From an uncultured Prevotellaceae bacterium (GTDB taxonomy: Bacteria > Bacteroidota > Bacteroidia > Bacteroidales > Bacteroidaceae), in the NCBI GenBank assembly GCA_902765585.1, contig CACXAG010000013.1, positions 1-61,550 on the forward strand: a stretch of 61,550 bases of DNA, written 5' to 3'. The first letter of the stretch is position 1; each line of letters starts with the position of its first letter. The notes under the pieces are model-generated. The model worked only from the letters and a program-made list of their open reading frames with translations, searched no databases and had not been told where the DNA came from. Positions 58,126 through 61,550 of the stretch are shown piece after piece. The translations under genes and the position numbers were made by a program.

Positions 58126-59262
58126 TTATGCCCCGTGATCGGCATACTGGGCGGGCGTCATGCCCGTTAGCTTTTTGAAGGTGCGTAGCAGCGTGCGCTC
58201 CGTGAAACCACAGTGCTCGGCAACGGCTTCGTTCTGCCAGTCGGGGTGCGCCTTGATGGTACGCTTGGCTTCCTCCACGCGCAGCGACGCTATCCAGTCG
58301 GTGTATTTCAGCCCTTTCTGGTGCAGCCAGCATGTCAGGCGGTATTTCGGCACGCCGATGCCTGCGGCAGCCAAGGGCAGCAGCAGCCCCGTCCGGCAGT
58401 GTTCACCGCGAGCTGTCCATGCCGCTACGGCCTTGTCGATGGCCTGCATCGTCTCGTCGGTCAAATGCCCGCCCTCGCCACCTGTCGGCGCCACGTCCTT
58501 CTCGCCCACAATCTCCTGCTCCACCTCGTCGGCGTTCACCTCTGCCTCTAAGATGCGTGCCGGGGCGCTGCTGTTCAGGTAGGAGCAGAAGCTGTCCACG
58601 AAGTAGAAGATGGCGAAATAGATGATGAAGCTGACCAGCAGCAGCCACTTTCCCGAGCCGAAGATGACCAGTGGCACCATCATCGACAGCATCATCAGCA
58701 GGATGATGCTCAGTTTCATCCAGGTCAGTATGTGGTGGTTTTCTTTGTCGTAATAGTCTTGGAGTGCGCGCCGCATGGCTATCAGGTTCATGGCTTCCCT
58801 TGTGACGTAGTAGCACTGCATCAGTACGTAGACTGCGGCCCCCGCTATCTCTGCGTGCCGCAGTTCGGGCGTGCCGCTGAGCAGAGGTTGGCCGTCTGTG
58901 GTGGCTGCTGCGCCGAGCATGGCCATGACCACTATCCACGTGATGGGTCCCACGAGCCAGTCCGTGCGGCTCAGCTGTCCGCGCCGCTGCAGCAGCAGTA
59001 TCGCCCATGCGAAGAAGAAAGTGGTCGGTATGAACATCGCCAGGTTGAGCATGACGGCTTGCGTGACCCCCATCTGCCTGAGTCCCAAAGCCAGTTGCAG
59101 GGCAAAGTGCAGTGCTAACGTCAGCGTACCCGACACCATCAGCCAGCGCGAGTTCGCAGCCCCCTTGTTGGCCGGATGCCGCCCGGATAGCATCAGCAGT
59201 TTCATGGTGAGTGCCGTCATGAATACCGCTGCCGTGAATTGCATCATCTGAAATGTTACCAT
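58126..59262 (-). CDS. Multi-TM membrane protein with C-terminal AraC-type HTH
   Basis: About 7 hydrophobic segments, then YTDWIASLRVEEAK...AVAEHCGF...FKKLTGMTPAQY. Confidence 0.9.
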   Translation of the reverse strand: MVTFQMMQFTAAVFMTALTMKLLMLSGRHPANKGAANSRWLMVSGTLTLALHFALQLALGLRQMGVTQAVMLNLAMFIPTTFFFAWAILLLQRRGQLSRTDWLVGPITWIVVMAMLGAAATTDGQPLLSGTPELRHAEIAGAAVYVLMQCYYVTREAMNLIAMRRALQDYYDKENHHILTWMKLSIILLMMLSMMVPLVIFGSGKWLLLVSFIIYFAIFYFVDSFCSYLNSSAPARILEAEVNADEVEQEIVGEKDVAPTGGEGGHLTDETMQAIDKAVAAWTARGEHCRTGLLLPLAAAGIGVPKYRLTCWLHQKGLKYTDWIASLRVEEAKRTIKAHPDWQNEAVAEHCGFTERTLLRTFKKLTGMTPAQYADHGA

Positions 59263-59269
59263 ATCGGCG

Positions 59270-59414
59270 GCAAAATTACGAAAAGTTCATCAAAATACAA
59301 TACATTCGACCGACAATTTGCGAAATTGGCGGTGCTTTTTTGGCCCAATTAGTGTTTTTGACGCACTATTGTCGTTTTTGTCACCCCTTGCTTTGTGTTT
59401 TTTTCATACTTTTG
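59270..59414. promoter_or_regulatory. Divergent -7 elements (TAATTTTG on minus, TACTTTTG on plus)
   Basis: caaaatta near 59271-59278 and tacttttg near 59407-59414. Confidence 0.6.
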
Positions 59415-59445
59415 CCACCGTATCAAACATAAATCTATCAATATA

Positions 59446-60240
59446 GTGGAACCGCAGCTTTATACCACCGCCCTGATCTTCGCCGCCATCCTCAATCTGA
59501 TGATGGCGGTGTCGCTGGTGCACAACAATCTTTGGTATAGCGACTACGACGTCTATCGTCGCTCTCGCGTGCTGTCAGCCCTTGTCTATCTGGCCTTTGC
59601 CGTCGGTTACCTGCTCCACTGGCACTTCCAGTGGCGCACGTCGTGTCCCGCTGCCGCCTCGGCACTCAGCCTCAGCTATTTCCACATCGGTGCCGTGTTC
59701 TTCGGCTGGAGCCACACCTCGCTGCTGCATCCCTGCTACCTTACGCGCCGTATTGTGGTACGCGACCTGCTCATCCTTGCCCTTGGCATCACCGCGTACG
59801 TAGCCCCCTTCCTGTCTCCCCTTGGAGCCCAGGGCGCTATCCATTCCCAGGCGGGCAGCTGGGCGAAGTATGCTTTTCTCATCTTCTTTCTCCACGCCTC
59901 TTACATCGCCTTCTACTTCTACCGCACGTACTACAGCGTGCGCTGCAGCCTGACTCTGCGCACTGCCGACGGCCAGTCGCCCAAATGGTGGTCGGCCCAG
60001 ACGAAGCATGAAGTGCTGGTGCACCACCACTCCTTCGCCATTTCCTGTCACCTGATTATACTCTTCGGCATTGGCAGCATCGTCGTCACCGCCCTGCTGC
60101 CCACTGCTGTATGGCCCTACACCCTGCTGCTCACCCTGGGCGTCGCCGTGTTCGGCTACATATTCTATTCCCTTGAAGCCTACGGCAGCGTCATTGAGGC
60201 CGCCACCAGTGCCACGGAAAGGGTTGAAGAATTGAAGTAA
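59446..60240 (+). CDS. Multi-TM membrane protein resembling the sensor domain of membrane AraC regulators, no HTH
   Basis: GTG 59446 start downstream of the promoter, about 7 hydrophobic segments, visible similarity to the N-half of the 58126-59262 product. Confidence 0.75.
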   Translation: MEPQLYTTALIFAAILNLMMAVSLVHNNLWYSDYDVYRRSRVLSALVYLAFAVGYLLHWHFQWRTSCPAAASALSLSYFHIGAVFFGWSHTSLLHPCYLTRRIVVRDLLILALGITAYVAPFLSPLGAQGAIHSQAGSWAKYAFLIFFLHASYIAFYFYRTYYSVRCSLTLRTADGQSPKWWSAQTKHEVLVHHHSFAISCHLIILFGIGSIVVTALLPTAVWPYTLLLTLGVAVFGYIFYSLEAYGSVIEAATSATERVEELK

Positions 60241-60257
60241 AACCATTATAAAACAAA

Positions 60258-61550
60258 ATGATCAAGATGAACCGAAGAACAAACACAGGCGTAAGCCAAA
60301 GATGGGCCTTGCTCATCGTAGCCGCCCTGCTCATGGTGTGTACGTCGCTGACGGCATCAGCCCGTGAACACAAGTACACCGGGGTGGGCGAAAACAAGTA
60401 CTACAGCAACATGACCATGACAACCCGTGTCATGATTGGCGACGACGTGTTGCTCGACTGCGAGGTCGCCGCTTTTGTCGGCGACGAGTGCCGCTCCAGC
60501 TGGCTCAGCCATCCCGAGCAGGACGGTCTTGTCTTCCAGCTCATACCTGGAGAAAAGACAGGACAGATACTCACATTCCGCGTGGTCTATACCGACGACA
60601 ACGGGCAGGAGCAGGACGTCCTGGCCGACCAGACCTTCGTCTACAAGAACGACACCACTGTGGGCGATGCCGCGAAGCCCTATATCATTGAGCTGCCCGG
60701 CAAGCCGAAGGTGCAGGCCCGTTACGCCGACGGCACGGAGAAGGAATTCTGGCTCAGCGATGCCACGGGCGACAAGCTTGACAGCGTGGCCATGGCCGCC
60801 AATATATATATAAAAGGTATATGGACGGCTGACGACTATGCTTCACTCCGTGACGCCCTCACCACTTCACAGAAACTGAACCCCTGTCAGCTCCGCTATC
60901 TGCCCGCTGACACGGAATTGCCCACGGGCTGGACCAACACCATCAGCGGCACCAAGGCACTCACCGACATCACCCTTGCCGACGGCACGCAGCAGGCACC
61001 GGCCTCGCTGTTCATCGCCCAGGACATCGACCTCAACGGACACACCGCCACCTATACCCGCAACTTTGCACTCGCCAATGGCAAGGGCGGTTGGAACACC
61101 GTCATCATGCCCTTCGCCTTCGAGGTGTATGCCGATGACGAGAAGGTGAACCTCTACACTGAAATGGAGGCCGAGGACACCAAGGGCTACTGGGCATTGC
61201 GACTGGACTATGGCGATGATGACGGACTGGACTTCGAACAGATGACCGGGAAGGGCAAGAAGCAAAACAAGATAGCCGCCTACACCCCCTACCTGATTGC
61301 CTTCCCCGGCAATAACTTCAACGTAGGCACGCGCAACATCAGCCTCGCAGGAAAGACCATCACCCTGCGCAGCACCAGTCAGACGCTCGCTGCCACGCCC
61401 GACTACCTGTCGAACCTGACGGTGGAGGAGGATGAAACCCAATATGCCCTCATGGGCACCTTCACTGCCATACGCAAGCAGCCCATGTACCTGCTGCGCC
61501 CTGGCGTGAACAGCGACGGCTCCGATGCCTTCTGCTACTATGCCGAGGGT
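60258..61550 (+). CDS. Secreted/surface protein, probable T9SS cargo, 3' truncated by the window and absent from the ORF track
   Basis: Open from ATG 60258 to the end. Signal peptide (WALLIVAALLMVCTSLTASA), NMTMT...EVAAFVGDECR module, later WNTVIMPF, AYTPYLI and LMGTF motifs of the kind seen ahead of Prevotella T9SS C-terminal domains. Confidence 0.75.
   Translation, partial: MIKMNRRTNTGVSQRWALLIVAALLMVCTSLTASAREHKYTGVGENKYYSNMTMTTRVMIGDDVLLDCEVAAFVGDECRSSWLSHPEQDGLVFQLIPGEKTGQILTFRVVYTDDNGQEQDVLADQTFVYKNDTTVGDAAKPYIIELPGKPKVQARYADGTEKEFWLSDATGDKLDSVAMAANIYIKGIWTADDYASLRDALTTSQKLNPCQLRYLPADTELPTGWTNTISGTKALTDITLADGTQQAPASLFIAQDIDLNGHTATYTRNFALANGKGGWNTVIMPFAFEVYADDEKVNLYTEMEAEDTKGYWALRLDYGDDDGLDFEQMTGKGKKQNKIAAYTPYLIAFPGNNFNVGTRNISLAGKTITLRSTSQTLAATPDYLSNLTVEEDETQYALMGTFTAIRKQPMYLLRPGVNSDGSDAFCYYAEG

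Overview
Chromosomal window from a Bacteroidota genome, most likely a rumen/gut Prevotellaceae. This is inferred from TAnnTTTG -7 promoters, no Shine-Dalgarno motifs, strong C/G third-codon-position bias and the gene content. In order it holds: the end of a PUL (DUF4957/DUF5123-like gene, susC, susD); comEC and a HAD hydrolase; the T9SS core operon porP-porK/gldK-porL/gldL-porM/gldM-porN/gldN; ackA-pta-cdaA-folP; a comEA-like gene and two NSS transporters; vanZ, CYTH, a 47-aa membrane protein, prfB, fadD and an argE-like gene; envC-DUF4292-TPR-dut and dgt; an accessory block (orphan TPR histidine kinase, membrane AraC regulator, pectinesterase-like protein); glsB-glsA; the dcw cluster mraZ to ftsZ; and a divergent module of membrane AraC, an HTH-less paralogue and a secreted protein running off the end. 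No rRNA, tRNA, CRISPR array or transposase was seen. Main oddities: (1) short tandem arrays (7-11 bp unit) at most gene junctions, often starting at the stop codon, with the same repeat class encoding the signal peptides of PorK and PorN; (2) membrane-AraC modules with unusual partners; (3) apparent deletions with frameshifts in envC, ftsQ and ftsZ, most likely assembly gaps. All calls are from motif recognition by eye; no searches were run.
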